64,000 nucleotides of DNA, taken from contig OX597823.1 in the NCBI GenBank assembly GCA_951406725.2, forward strand, positions 8,804,001 to 8,868,000. Reading direction: 5' to 3'. Below are positions 1-13,416 of this stretch, piece after piece. The notes beneath the pieces are model-generated. The model saw nothing but the letters and a program-made list of their open reading frames with translations. It was not told the DNA's origin and did not search any database. The stretch comes from Octopus vulgaris (Eukaryota). Every line of letters begins with the position of its first letter. Within the stretch, counting starts at the first letter, position 1. Both the position numbers and the translations under genes were made by a program.

Positions 1-1209
1 ATACATACATACATACATACATACATACATACATACATACATACATACATACATACATACATACATACATACATACATACATACATACATACATACATAC
101 ATACATACATACATACATACATACATACATACATACATACATACATACATACATACATACATACATACATACATACATACATACATACACACATACATAC
201 ATACATACATACATACATACATGCATACATACATACATACATACATACATACATACATACATACATACATACATACATACATACATACATACATACATAC
301 ATACATACATACATACATACATACATACATACATACATACATACATACATACATACATACATACATACATACATACATACATACATACATACATACATAC
401 ATACATACATACATACATACATACATACATACATACATACATACATACATACATACATACATACATACATACATACACACATACATACATACATACATAC
501 ATACATACATACATACATACATACATACATACATACATACATACATACATACATACATACATACATACATACATACACACATACATACATACATACATAC
601 ATACATACATACATACACACATACACACATACATACATACATACATACATACATACACACATACACACATACATACATACATACATACATACATACATAC
701 ATACACACATACACACATACATACATACATACATACATACATACATACATACATACATACACACATACACACATACATACATACATACATACATACATAC
801 ATACATACATACATACATACACACATACATACATACATACATACATACATACATACATACATACATACATACATACATACATACATACATACATACATAC
901 ATACATACATACATACATACATACATACATACATACATACACACATACATACATACATACATACATACATACATACATACATACACACATACATACATAC
1001 ATACATACATACATACATACATACATACATACATACATACGTGGGTACATACATACATACATACATACATACATACATACATACATACATACATACATAC
1101 ATACACACATACATACATACATACATACATACATACATACATACATACATACATACATACATACATACATACATACATACATGCATACATACATACATAC
1201 ATACATACA

Positions 1210-1241
<32 letters not shown>

Positions 1242-1280
1242 CATACACACATACATACATACATACATACATACATACAT
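1..1280. repeat. (ATAC)n tetranucleotide microsatellite, >1.2 kb, runs off window start
   Basis: Direct reading, with occasional ACAC/ATGC interruptions. It produces the spurious HTYI-repeat ORFs. Confidence 0.99.
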
Positions 1281-4200
1281 GTGTGTGTGTGTGTATATAT
1301 AACATCCTCTCATATTTACTCGCTCAATAATACATGGATATAATCTTATTTGTGGTTCTAGCTACTCTATAAAGCCTATACAACATGAAGTATAACATAT
1401 TTGTACACGGTCAATCAAATGTAAATATTTTATGAAGGAAATAACAATTTCTTACATTGTCACTCTGTCAAAATTTGTAGCGAATAAAGACAATTGATTT
1501 AATGTAGCGCCGTAGATTACTGGTATATATGTTTTATCGATTCTAGAGAAACGAGAATCAAAATCCAGTAGAGTAATTAAGTAATTACTGCGGTATATTT
1601 ATTGACCATTCACCGCCTTCATATCAAACAGACGTATATTGTACACGATTAGTACAATTAACTAATTGATTGGCTCTTCTATAATTTAATTAAATACGTA
1701 AATGCATAAGTTTTGAAATGGAAAATGGTCTAATGGCTGGTGGCGTCAGTTGAGCTGAGAAACCTTGGGTTCATTTATTTCTAATGATTCCAAATTAAAA
1801 GCTCATTAATGGTTTGCAATAATTATTCTTTGGTCAAGCAAAGGATTCATAGCAATGAGTCTTTAACAGAAGCACCTCTGCGTGGTCAGGGGGCAAGATA
1901 AAAATAGCTGCTGAATCTCTATTGAGTACATTTTACTTTATAAAGGAAGGATTTTTTTGAGAAAAGAAGAGATCTTCGTAGTTACAAAGCATTTTATCAC
2001 GACAACATCAACAGCGAGAGTAACAGAAAAAAGAACTTTGAAATATAATCAAGCTAAAGAGAAGAATTGAACTTTGGAATTTTGGGGCAAATATTTTTGA
2101 AGCCTTTACTTGTAATAGGGCAAAGATCTTTAATCTTTGGTCCTTAAGCACGAAATATAGCATCTTTTTTCGTCGTTGAATTATCGCCATTCTAACGGAG
2201 GTTCAATAGCCTTGAATGAGTGAACATGAAATAGCATTTAATGAATTATACAACCAGAAGAGCTAACATACATGATAGCATATTTAATTTATGCATTTCA
2301 AAAGATCAAAGAATTCTTAAATAGTAAATGATTGAAAAATATTTCTTTTTTTTTTTTTATTATGTGCTTATCTGAGTCAAAAGCAATGCTAATGACATTT
2401 AGAGGCCTTCGTGACCCGTGAGCTTGTCATTAATGTGTTCCGTTTAATCTTTTGCAGAGCAGCAGGAACGTTATGAGTACGCAGAAGATACCGCTTTCAT
2501 ATGTTTACTCATTCCCGCATTTAGAGAAAACTAATTGTAACGTATTATGCGAAATACATCGCTGGGCAAAATCCTTTTCAGGAAAAACAAACCCCACCCA
2601 ACCAGAAACTATCTCATTCTATTTGACAGCCGTGTTTGTTGAGGATTACCTTCTCCCGAAGACGCTATCATGTAGAACAAAATCACACATTAGCTGTATG
2701 ATTATATACAAGATAATGGTGAACGATTTAAATAATATATTGAGATAATAAAAAACTCACATGAAAAAATAGATATACATGAAGTCATTAAGCTCATATA
2801 TATATCAATATGTAAGTGTATATAAATACACATGTAGATGTATATGTATGTATATAGACACGCAGATTACGCTTTAAATATATGAACATCAGCAAAAGTA
2901 TACTGTAAAACTGATCAGAGAGTAATATTAATAATTGTCTCGAGGAATAAATGTTTATTTTGAAATTACAGGTCATATTGTTATTTCTTATCATTATAGG
3001 TTTGGTTACAACGATTACGTTTATCACTTAGTCTGCCTCAACATATACATCAAAACGCATGAACACATACACATATACGCACAGACACACACTTAGATAT
3101 CAATAGTCACGCAGCCAAATAAATATATGTGTGTGTACATGCATATGTGCGTGCAGGAGTATGCGAGTATGTATGTATCCAAGCCATTGAGTAAATAGAC
3201 TAATATGAAGAATCCTAAGAAATTGATGGCGCTGTGTATCACCAGCATTTAACCCTTGGTAGAATTCTTAAAGAGTTTGATGAGTTAACTTGTTTGAGAG
3301 GAGAGACAAATTTAATATTTCAGTCCCTTACTATTGTGTGAATAACGAAATATGTGTTTCATGTGAATAACACCAAAGTCAACGCTAACTTTCAAATTTT
3401 CATGGTCAATGAAAACTTATAAGTCAATTAGTATCACCCAACATTGTGTGACTTTTCCTCATTTTTGTCGAACCGAGAATGAAGAAGTAGAATGTAGATT
3501 TGTATGGAGATGAACAAGAATGTAACGGAACATAACTAAATATATGAAGGTTTTGAAATAAGCACAGTTCCGTTTCACCCGGAACAGTGATTCCCTTTAC
3601 AATTGTTAACAGTATATTTTACATCCTGAATTCACATCTCGGTGAAGATGACTAAATTACTAATTTAGCTTCTTTATACATATACGTTATAGACACAAAA
3701 ACAGCCAGCCCTTTTTTAGTAATGCTTTCAAATACATTTAAACTTTGTTTTTCGGAATCTCTATACTTTTTTCTTGTATCTTAATTTTGAAGCTCTCATT
3801 TGTTATATAATAGAACTAAAAATATAACAAATTACCAATGATTTTTTATTAACATTTTCCTCAAATAAGCAAGTTTTGTTTTGTGCACTAAAGACACAGC
3901 AGGTCGGCTGTGAAAAGCTTTTCAATCAAAAAGCTTCTCAGCATTTTGAAGCCAATAAGGAAATCAATAACTACGCAAGTCAGACCTTGCAGCAAAACAG
4001 TTCTCTTTTATTTTGTTTCTGTCTTTAATTAGTTTTTTGTTGCATAAAAGATGTAAAAAAAAGACATGTTATCTCCTTCACATTTTCGTATTATTTTAGC
4101 TATTTGAGTATATTTGTATTTTAATTCATATGTTTTGATTACCAGTTTACATCTCAAGCAAGACGTAAACAGCTTAAAAGAGGAAATTGTTTGCAAATAC

Positions 4201-4664
4201 CGAACAAAATATAAATAAATAGTAGATAAATAATAGGGATAAATAACTTTACATATAACACAAAAGCTCGTTGTATATTTCCTCAGAATCTTTTTCCCCA
4301 GCATTTTAGAAACAAAGCAGGTAATATCCCTTGTATTTTTGGTTTTTATTTCCTCCCAGGTTTACAGTCAATTCTAACCAATGTTTAAAACAAGTATATA
4401 TAATGATATCTGAACAACACGTGATTCAAGAATGATGGCGATTTCCATCAATTCCTTTTAAACATAGCAGTCAGACGTTGATTATTTTTGGCATTCGTAG
4501 AAAAGACAAAAGGAAAAGTTGCTTAAGAGTTATTTTGAATAATGGATTTGATATCTTTGGCAAGTCAATAACGAAAACGATGGCTGTGGTTTGGTGGAAG
4601 TTAAGTTTAGCTAGGCTGGGTAATTGTTCAGCAGTCAAGAAAATATGACTGCAAGGAGAAATGC

Positions 4665-4750
<86 letters not shown>

Positions 4751-4834
4751 TATTCTGTAGTGAGTGTGTGTACGCACGCATATATATGTATATGTATACA
4801 CACACACACAGACACACACACACACACACACACA

Positions 4835-4896
<62 letters not shown>

Positions 4897-5475
4897 ACTA
4901 TGTATATAATATAATATATATATATATATATGTATGAATACATACATATGTGTGTGTGTTTATGTGTGTGTATGTGTACTTATATATGTATACAAAATGA
5001 AATTAAAGTGTATGCAACAGGTTTCTACTCAGCAAATGGATGAGGAACTATTCTGGACATTTCAAGCATAAGGCAAATGCGCACGCACAGACGCATACAC
5101 ACACACGTCCCCGCATTCAGACACATAAATCTGTATATATAGGAATATGAGAGAATAGTAAGAAATTCACTTTGTAAAAATAGGTTTCAGGTTCGATGGA
5201 AGAGTGCAGCTACTTGAGCAAGAATTATAATCTATATCCTCGACTGAACTCACACATTCTAAAATTTGGGAAGAAGGAAACTATTCAGAAGCCCACCGGA
5301 AAGCTTGCACCCATAATTCTAAGGCACAGTCTTATATAAAGCAATGTGTCTTGTCTCTAATAGATAATTATATTAGGTTTAAACTCGTCTGTGATATAAT
5401 CGACCACTAATAAGTAGATAAAATGAAGATGTAATCCACTTGATTAGTCAACTTCCGTATAAACTTTACACGAGT

Positions 5476-5622
5476 CATGGGCAAACTGCTGATCTTTCTG
5501 AGGTGCACGCCTTTCTTAATGAAGGTAATAGATTTCATTAAAACTTTTTAGTGGTGCAGCCCGCCTGATGTTGAGCCTTGTCTCAAGTGGTCCGCTTCTC
5601 GCGAAAGATTGTCGTCCATGTC
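5476..5622. mobile_element. Possible degenerate hAT-type MITE relic
   Basis: Starts catgggcaaact, has internal gcagcccgc, and ends aagattgtcgtccatg, an imperfect inverted terminus. No clear TSD. Confidence 0.3.
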
Positions 5623-5716
5623 TCCACCGTTTTCATTTTTCCTGTCTGCTACTGTCTACAAGAAATTAGAAATAGTAATATTATACGTTTTATGTATTCT
5701 CAGCATGTGCGTGTAT

Positions 5717-5783
<67 letters not shown>

Positions 5784-5871
5784 TGTATGTGCGTGCGTGC
5801 GTGTATGTGTCTGTATGTGTGTTTGTGTGTGTCTGTGAATGTGTATGTGTGTGTGTCCAGGTTTGTGAGTG

Positions 5872-5957
<86 letters not shown>

Positions 5958-6079
5958 TAGATATACATATAAACATAGTTATGTATACATATAAGCAAAA
6001 ATATATATGTAGTCACACACAACACATGTATATTTCTATGAATGTATCTATGACAATATGTAAATTTATACCTTGTTAA

Positions 6080-6915
6080 AACGCTACCTGGGAATGTTGT
6101 CATTGATGACGAGGCAAATACCTGATACGTTAAAGCGAAAGTTGCTTTTGATAGTCTCTGTGTTAAACTGTGGAATAGGAGAGGCTTCGCCTCAGAAACA
6201 ATGATGGAAGTGCATCGGGCCAGAATTCTCACATCTCTATGGCTACGAATCGTAGACGGTCTATGTATGTCAAGCAAGAAAATTAAAACACTTCCATACC
6301 TAATACCTTAGAAAACTTCTTGTTGTAAAGTGACAAGACAAAATCCCAGTCAATAAAGTATTCACCCGTACTAGTGTTCCAAGCATCTGTACCATCTTGA
6401 TGCAGTCATAGGTTCTGTTCATTGTATGCTAGAAGTACCTGACATGGAATACAAAGGTCATGTATTCGTATGCCTGACAATTTTCCAAAGAAAAGAGTAT
6501 ATGGGAAAATCAAGAAATGAATGCTTTCAGGGAAGCTAAAAAGTAAGCGCTTCAAAGACGCTTTAAAAAGTTCTCTGAAGGGCTTAAGCATCAGCCATGT
6601 CACATGGGAGAAGATAGCCTGGGAGATTAGCCTGGCAAGTGACGATTAGCAATCAGGTATCAGTAAGGGAAATGCAAACCTGAAATGCACACACGGTTAC
6701 TGCAAACTAAGTAACGTTGGCTGGCAGGCAAGCCAGAAAAACAAGTGCCATCAAATCTCTAATTTCCACCACAATTCCCTGTCCACACTGGTACAAAATG
6801 TTCCGGACACCTAATCAGTCAGCAACATGCTCACAAAGCCGAAATCCGACCTTAGATTCAACTTCAACCCGAAGATGATCAGATGGTCCTTGTCACTTCG
6901 ACAGACAAGCATCAT
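6080..6915 (+). mobile_element. RTE-BovB-type LINE, decayed 3' fragment
   Basis: Manual translation across stops gives NVVIDDEANT*..KAKVAFDSL..KLWNRRG, LYGYES*TVY..QARKLKHFHT..LRKLL..QDKIP, KRFKDALKSSLK and IPCPH. These match RTE ORF C-terminal motifs and are followed by a short 3' UTR. Confidence 0.88.
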
Positions 6916-6960
6916 GTGTATGTATGTGTGTATGCATGTATGTATACACTACTATATATA

Positions 6961-7351
6961 TCTTTATATATAAAAGTCAAGTTGTGTGTCTGTCTCCTAC
7001 GATTTAGATTCCTAACTACTCCCACATTTTGCGGTGCAGTTTAACCAAAACCGGGTATCTTATAGTCGTGATTCATATCGAGCCCTTCTCATTGCGTCTA
7101 CGATGAGTCTACGATTTAAAAAAAAAATTACCATCATTTTCTTCCATTTTAATGCATTTTCTTCGCTATTATATAAGGGAAGTAACTCTCTAAAAATGTC
7201 TACGACTAGTCAAAGATTTAAATAAAAATTTACCATAATTTTTTTCCCCTTTTTAATGCATGTTTTTGCTATTTTTTGGCTATAACTCTCTAAAAATGCT
7301 TATATAGTTATTTCCCTTACAAACCCGAGCAACGCCGGGCGATACTGCTAG
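6961..7351 (+). mobile_element. Non-autonomous Helitron, family H1
   Basis: Begins TC(tttatatataaaag) after A and ends with hairpin cccgagcaacgccggg plus CTAG before T, with no TSD. Four more copies are in the window. Confidence 0.9.
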
Positions 7352-7429
7352 TATTTTTATAAATAAGGATAATATGGATATTTAAATATCGATATTATCA
7401 AGTGGCCAGCATGGGAAAAATACCATACT

Positions 7430-7517
7430 TTCCTTCATTCCTGAGCGTCCAATAATACTATACTTGTTCCACGTCCCCGCGTTGTTTTGTTTTCTCTTTG
7501 TGTTTTCACGTTTGGAT

Positions 7518-7523
<6 letters not shown>
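7430..7523 (+). repeat. Fragment of (TA)n-associated dispersed repeat (Penelope-like family also at 30617-30840 and 61052-61150)
   Basis: Shared ttcctgagcgtccaataatact...ttgttccacgtccccgcgttg...tggattaact followed by (TA)n. Confidence 0.75.
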
Positions 7524-7580
<57 letters not shown>

Positions 7581-7731
7581 TTAGAGATAAAACCACTATT
7601 AGGCAAATCAAACAATGAAAAACATAAGCCAATACATTAAATTAATTTAATTTATATTATTTTAAATATATATCAAAAGTATTAAAAGTTTATATATATA
7701 TATATATATATTCCACCTGTCTTCGTTATAT

Positions 7732-7846
<115 letters not shown>

Positions 7847-7847
7847 G

Positions 7848-8078
7848 GGCGGCGAGCTGGCAGAGACGTTAGCACGCCGGGCGAAATGCGTAGCTGTATT
7901 TCGTCTGCCGTTACGTTCTGAGTTCAAATTCCGCCGAGGTCGACTTTGCCTTTCATCTTTTCGGGGTCGATAAATTAAGTACCAGTTACGCACTGGGGTC
8001 GATATAATCGACTTAATCCGTTTGTCTGTCCTTGTTTATCCACTCTATGTTTAGCCCCTTGTGGGTAGTAAAGAAATA
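7848..8078 (+). mobile_element. tRNA-derived SINE family A
   Basis: Head ggcggcgagctggcaga, B-box-like gagttcaaattcc, central gcctttcatc..tcggggtcgataaattaagtaccag and tail aaagaaata. At least 8 copies are in the window. Confidence 0.9.
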
Positions 8079-8322
8079 TATATATAATTATACATATTTC
8101 CATATGCACAATCAGAAAAGAGTTGCTAATATTTTCATACTTTATATTTAATAGGCAGATTTCTATAACGTGTCAAATATCTCCAAGCGATCTTTCAAGC
8201 TCAGTTCATAACTTTAGGTGTATCTAAAAGTCAGAACACTGGACTATGAGAAAATTTGAGAAAAAAAAAGAAAAAATAACAGAAGAAAACTGGAAAAATA
8301 TTGCTATCTATATATATATACA

Positions 8323-8382
8323 AGGCGGTGCTCCAGCATGACCGCAGTCAAATGACTGAAACAAGTAATAGAGTAAAAGAGT
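8323..8382 (+). mobile_element. 3' tail only of SINE family B
   Basis: aaggcggtgctccagcatg..gcagtcaaatgactgaaacaagtaa..gagtaaaagag, nearly identical to family B tails. Confidence 0.8.
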
Positions 8383-8780
8383 GAAAGACATAAACACATA
8401 CATACACACATGCACGCACATACACACACATACACACGCGCACACACATGTATGTGTAGGTGTATGTTTTAAAAGGCAAATGGCAAGGGATGTATGTGAG
8501 CGTGGTAGAAACAGAGGAAAAGAGCGGGAGAGCAGGACCCATACAGCATATCTCCCTTCTTCAATATAGGTTTTTCTTTATAATTAAAATCTGTTCAAAT
8601 AGTAAATTCTTACGTCAATACACAAATGTTAGTGTTTGCCTTAATTATTAACTCTTGTTTAAAATATATATATATATATATATATTATAATAATTATTAT
8701 TTGAGGGAATAAAATCAAATCTTACAAGGAAAAAGAATTCAATTTAGAAATACTAAATCAAATTCCACACAATATAATAT

Positions 8781-9098
8781 ATATATAAAATAGTAGAAAA
8801 AACCCCACCTTTTATCAATTCAAAATGAATAATTAAATTATACCATCTAGAAAATTACATATAATAGAAAAGTTAAAATTAAAATAATAATAAAAAGTAA
8901 AGTTTAAGTAACTTACAAAAATAATATAATGTATATAATGGGTATTATATACATTATATACATTATATTATTTTTGTAATTTACTTAATCTTTATTTTTT
9001 ATTGTTATTTTAATTTCAACTTTTCTATTATATGTAATTTTCTAGATGGTGTAATTTAATTATTCATTTTGAATTGATAAAAGGTGGGTTTTTTTCTA

Positions 9099-9110
<12 letters not shown>
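8781..9110. repeat. ~330-bp AT-rich imperfect palindrome between (TA)n tracts
   Basis: Left arm ..ccccaccttttatcaattcaaaatgaataattaaatta..ccatctagaaaattacat.. is mirrored by ..atgtaattttctagatgg..taatttaattattcattttgaattgataaaaggtggg; centre ~8941. Confidence 0.9.
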
Positions 9111-9139
<29 letters not shown>

Positions 9140-9900
9140 ATATACACACCCACACACACACACACACATATATATAAGTGTGTATGTGTGTATGGTATGT
9201 GTGTATGTGTATCCATGTATACGTATATGTTTATAAGTGATGTCAATGAGTATAAATTAAGTAGGTGGAGAATTAACCGGATGTTAATCTGTTGAGTATT
9301 TTCCGAGCATCGGTTTGTTACACTACATTATAATTAAACCTCTCAGTGTGATACTGTAAACAAAACAAATCAAATAAAAATTACATACAAATAACATAAC
9401 TGATTTAATACAATTAATCAGTAATAAATCACTGTTGTGATTGCTAATTTAATTAAAATTAATGAGTAATACATCAGTTTATTGATTGTTATCGCACGAA
9501 CACAGGATACGGATAACGGAAATTAAATAACTATTATTTATTGCAAATTTCATCGAATACATGTAGTTTTATCTGCTTATTAAAGCTACTTTCATTTTCA
9601 TGTACGGTCCTATAGAATTTATGGAGGTATAACAGGTGGAAGATACAAAATTTCACTCACCTTCCGTTTTCCAACTATCCCCACCACCACCGTGAAACAT
9701 TTTCTAATTCAAGAATTCAAAATAATTCAGAATTGTTTATCAATTATGGAAATATTTTCAACACAAGAGCATGTGTTGTGAACATTTAGGAACCAAATAC
9801 TTATTTTTTATTTACTTGAGATTTTTCTGCAATTTTTAAAAGTTATGCATTCCATATAGCTCAAAGTAACATTTCTTTTAAAATATTTTGACAAAACGGA

Positions 9901-10101
9901 GATGTACCCACATAGCAAGTGATTTGATCTGAGATCGTGTGCTGAAACGAAAACAATTGCAGCGTGGAAAGTGTTTGTAAGCCATTTAAGAAACACACAA
10001 AAGCCGTTCGATTCACTTCAACATTTAAGTTTAATTTGTCAAAATATTTTCGTCGCTAAAATCCGCGACCTGTTCACTGACAAAAATCCGTGCTGCATCT
10101 G
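9901..10101 (-). mobile_element. ~200-bp dispersed repeat carrying a hammerhead-like motif (Penelope-like terminal repeat)
   Basis: Near-identical to 33196-33396. The minus strand folds as a minimal type I hammerhead at 10035-10084. Confidence 0.8.
10035..10084 (-). ncRNA. Minimal hammerhead ribozyme variant (G3-C8 core)
   Basis: Minus strand reads tttgtca GTGAACA g gtcgc-ggatttta-gcgac GAAA atat TT tgacaaa. Helix I is 7 bp, helix II is 5 bp and helix III is palindromic. Confidence 0.6.
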
Positions 10102-10168
10102 CTTCCAAGCTGCAATCGTATTTTGACAAAATTTCTATAAGAAAGACAGAATCATTCATAAAACAGTA

Positions 10169-10385
10169 CGAGGAGATGCTGAAAAGCTCCTGGCTTTGTA
10201 TAAAAGAAAATATAGGTGGTTCAATTAATTATGATGTTATTCAACGTATTTCACTTTCAGATTCACACACTTAATGGAGCGGTCCTTCAATTTTTCTAAG
10301 TCCTGTAAGAGAAATCGGAAGGTTGGTCCTCAAACTCGGTTTTTCGCGACACCTTTAAAGCTAAGAAATTTTCAGCACCACCTCG
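10169..10385. mobile_element. mariner-derived MITE
   Basis: TIRs cgaggagatgctgaaaagctcctggcttt and revcomp cgaggtggtgctgaaaatttcttagcttt; TA on the left flank, TG on the right. Confidence 0.75.
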
Positions 10386-10750
10386 TGTGCATAACTCAAA
10401 AGAGACAAAAATTTGCTTAAATAAGGTAGCAGATGCTCGCACATTTGCTGATCACAACTGAGAGGCTAAAACAGCCCTAAATTGGAACATGGTTTGCATC
10501 ATTCATAGCTATAGTTATGACTGTCATATGACCTCTGTACTGGTATAAAACTTTGACGTGACCTTCGTGCGCGGCAATCGCATTGGCATCCCCAACCAAT
10601 CTATAATAATGAATAGCGACCTAAGCAACATTTTCTGTATAAAAACAAAGTATTCATAGAAGAATGGGTAGAAAAGATACAATTTGCAATACAGCTCCAT
10701 CTCCTTCAGAACGTGCATTGTTGAAAATAAACGCATGTGAACAGGTTGAG

Positions 10751-10855
<105 letters not shown>

Positions 10856-10880
10856 ATATATATATATATATATATACCTG

Positions 10881-10913
<33 letters not shown>

Positions 10914-11581
10914 ATATATATATATATAGATAGATGTATTACAATTTAAATAAATCTTTGTGTACATTTTTCTTTCATTGTTTCTTCTATACTACAAATT
11001 GTTTGGATTAGTATGTGTGTGTGTTTGTGTGCGTGTGTATATACACGCGCGTACCTTCACACACACGTATATAGTACTATATTGCCAGACATCTACATGA
11101 CGTCTCACTGTTACCTATAACAATTTACAACGTTATCCACAGAGCTTTAGCTTCGGGATTTTTTTTTTTACTCCGTATTGATGCACACGCAACCTGAACA
11201 CCTGGCGATTGATTTTGAGAAGTTTGCAATGAGAAGAAGACAACATAAGCAGGTTCTATAAATTTCACACTATTCAGCAGCTACACAAATACACAACTAA
11301 ATTTATCGCAATTTTATCTGTATTTACCCCAGAATCTCCGATGATGACATATCTGGTACACGGGAAGGAAAAATATTTGTTTTTCCGTTAGAGCCAACAT
11401 ATTCCCTAGATTCTCTGCAAAGAATTTTTGGGGCGGTGAAGTAAAGAATTTCTGGGACGATGCAGCCACTGTAAAACTTGACTGCATCGAAATTAATTTC
11501 GTTTGGAAAAACATGGCATCAGTTACTAACACATAAGCCCTCACGTGTTTTGTTTCCTCGAGATATCTTGACCTTAATACC

Positions 11582-11812
11582 TATTTCTTTACTACCCACA
11601 AGGGGCTAAACACAGAGGGGACAAACAAGGACAGACAAACGGATTAAGTCGATTACATCGACCCCAGTGCGTAACTGGTACTTATTTAATCGACCCCGAA
11701 AGGATGAAAGGCAAAGTCGACCTCGGCGGAATTTGAACTCAGAACATAACGGCAGACGAAATACTGCTAAGCGTTTCGCCCGGCGTGCTAACGTTTCTGC
11801 CAGCTCACCGCC
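11582..11812 (-). mobile_element. SINE family A with 18-bp TSD
   Basis: Full-length reverse copy; tatcttgaccttaatacc occurs at 11564-11581 and 11814-11831. Confidence 0.93.
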
Positions 11813-12062
11813 TTATCTTGACCTTAATACCATTACATCTTAGTCCTTTCTGGTGTAGGAAAGTATGTTCCTTTCGCCTCATCCTCAATTAAGATGGCTT
11901 TGGCCACTCTCCTCTTTTGATCTAGTCTAATTGACAGGTCGAGTGGTCATTGTAATCCATCCTGACAAGGAATCTGATGCTTCCTTCCTTTCTAGTTCAT
12001 ATTTTCTGCGCACATATCAGCTTCCTATGTTTGAAGTAGATTATCATACTGATAATGTATGT

Positions 12063-12399
12063 GAAGGGGCATGGCTCAGTGGTTAGAGCGTCGAGCTTAC
12101 GATCGTGAGGTTGTGATCTCGTATCCCGGACAGGGCTGCGTGTTGTGTTCTTGAGCAAGACACTTTATTTCACGTTTTTTCCAGTTCACTCAGCTGTAGA
12201 AATGGGTTGTGACGTCACGGGTGCCAGGCTGTATCGGCCTTTGCCTTTCCCTTGGATAACACTGGTGGCGGGGAGAGGGGAGGCCGGTATGCATGGGCGA
12301 CCGCTGGTCTTCCATAAACCACCTTGCCCAGACTTGTGCCTGGGAGGCTAACTTTCTAGGTGCAATCCCATGGTCTGTGTCGTGACCGAAGGGAGTCTC
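12063..12399 (+). mobile_element. tRNA-derived SINE family C
   Basis: A-box tggctcagtggttagagc, tRNA-like head, then gttcttgagcaagacacttt. A second copy lies at 21933-22264. Confidence 0.88.
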
Positions 12400-12841
12400 A
12401 GTAACGTATGAGAAGTTCTACATTATGCGTCAATTGTTTCACTCACTGGATTTGGAGTCTATTTCAGGTGTGGGTTTGCGTAGACCTGATGAGAAACTGA
12501 AAATTATTTGCTCTCAGTATTTATTATATTAGCGCTGCTTTTAATTCATATGTATATTTCTCTTAGGTATGCAATTTCCGGGTATATCGGCTCATGATTT
12601 TACAAGCCATGAGCATATAAATCGTTGGACTGGCTAGCTGACTCGCCTTCGACCCAGGCTGGTAGGTTGTGTTGATAAGCCGCAAAAATGGCGAAACATC
12701 GATATCCTTCACTCCCAAATAGGATTGAGGGTGAGTTATCTCGCCTCTCCATGGCTTTAAATTGTTTTAACACTGGCGATATGAGAGATACTCCGCTAAG
12801 CCATTGCAGCCACCGGAAAATACACAAAGCATATACATTAG

Positions 12842-12907
<66 letters not shown>

Positions 12908-13139
12908 GGGTACAAAGTTTTGAAGGGGATAAATGTTTTTATTTCTCCTCTAGTTTCAGAATTACTACTATTTTTGCGGTTTTGAGTTTAGCTGCTCTTT
13001 TCAAGTGAATCGAACGACCTTCTCAGGGTCATTCCTTAATTATTTGTTGAATATATTATATAGTCTGTGACTATCTCTATTTTCTCACTTGACCGCTGGT
13101 TGCAGAAAATGTTTCTTGAATTTTTTGTTACCCTTATAT

Positions 13140-13177
<38 letters not shown>

Positions 13178-13179
<2 letters not shown>

Positions 13180-13368
13180 TTTATTTAAAGCAGCAGAAAA
13201 TTCAACAAAACCTGTTTGCTAGCAAAAACTGTCCGATGAACGGCAACGGGAAACTCAGAGTAACAGGTTTTGTTGAATTTTCTGCTGTTTTAAATAAAGC
13301 ATATTACTTTACCACTGGTATTTGAGTACTCTTTTTTCCACCTTGTTTCACATTTATGTGTTTACTTC

Positions 13369-13372
<4 letters not shown>
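13178..13372 (+). mobile_element. Penelope-like fragment with 5' inversion and hammerhead motif, embedded in (TA)n
   Basis: 13178-13216 is the inverted complement of 13262-13299; hammerhead-like core at 13229-13266. Confidence 0.7.
13229..13266 (+). ncRNA. Minimal hammerhead ribozyme-like motif (U4C variant)
   Basis: ctgt CCGATGA acg-gcaa-cgg GAAA ctc-a-gag TA acag; helix II has a mismatch. Confidence 0.55.

Positions 13373-13416
<44 letters not shown>

Noticed and set aside
221-1343. 369-aa and 100-aa HTYI-repeat ORFs (and similar ones at 33799-34885)
   Set aside because: These are translations of (ATAC)n, which has no stop codons in these frames; there is no coding complexity.
11320-12040. 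Possible very old RLE LINE split by a SINE
   Set aside because: Only faint motif echoes (IRFLVR, VPDM); too degenerate to support a call.
12063-12140. tRNA-like sequences (also at 21456 and 21933)
   Set aside because: These are SINE heads with imperfect stems that continue into repeated SINE bodies.
12486-12503. CTGATGA...GAAA motif
   Set aside because: I could not form convincing helices I-III around it.
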